A DNA stretch of 59,661 nucleotides, filler included, from Asterionella formosa (lineage: Eukaryota): assembly GCA_002256025.1 (NCBI GenBank). It is 7 parts of 7 records of this genome, joined end to end, with 100 filler letters (N's around TTAATTAATTAA, not from the genome) between each part and the next. Parts side by side here need not be neighbours in the genome. Positions count along the whole stretch, not along the records: positions 51,234 to 59,661 come from NKIB01012204.1; 6 more parts are not named here. One strand, 5' to 3'. Every line of letters starts with the position of its first letter. Position 1 is the first letter of the stretch. Below the pieces are notes generated by a model that worked only from the letters and a program-made list of their open reading frames with translations, was not told the DNA's origin and did no database searches. Made by a program: the position numbers and the translations under genes. Positions 59,525 to 59,661 of this stretch are shown piece after piece.

Positions 59525-59661
59525 CAGTTAGTCAATATTTTCCATGAACATCAGTTCAACAATTCCACTTTGTTCACTTCCCCGAAGTGACTAACCTTGT
59601 GGAACTCCAGCCAAAACAAGAAGATTGGACTTAAAGCTGATCTCCAACTGCCTGCTCATGG

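Overview
Eukaryotic nuclear DNA, most consistent with a diatom (short GT-AG introns, a bipartite plastid-targeting leader, CoDi-type Copia elements, TTAGGG repeats). The window is not one locus. Six identical 100-nt linkers (N44-TTAATTAATTAA-N44) join seven pieces of 8444, 8442, 8440, 8438, 8435, 8434 and 8428 nt, i.e. unplaced scaffolds concatenated by descending size, so adjacency across linkers is meaningless. Host genes: TRM13 methyltransferase, a plastid-targeted PPR protein, nucleolin/NSR1, a vanadium haloperoxidase/PAP2-family protein, a myosin, a USP22/Ubp8-like deubiquitinase, an ankyrin-repeat protein, a PH-like-domain kinesin-14 and a CRAL-TRIO protein. The rest is decayed transposon DNA: Copia, Harbinger, piggyBac-like, pogo-like and Mutator-like fragments, plus two Plavaka-type elements with companion ORFs. 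Best leads: (1) a kinesin-14 whose switch I and switch II catalytic residues are both altered; (2) a recurring element family with C(A/G)TCT termini that mostly abuts other transposons' coding DNA; (3) a multi-ORF Plavaka-type element with unknown cargo; (4) a haloperoxidase with a non-canonical active-site motif. All family calls come from motif recognition by eye; no database search was run.
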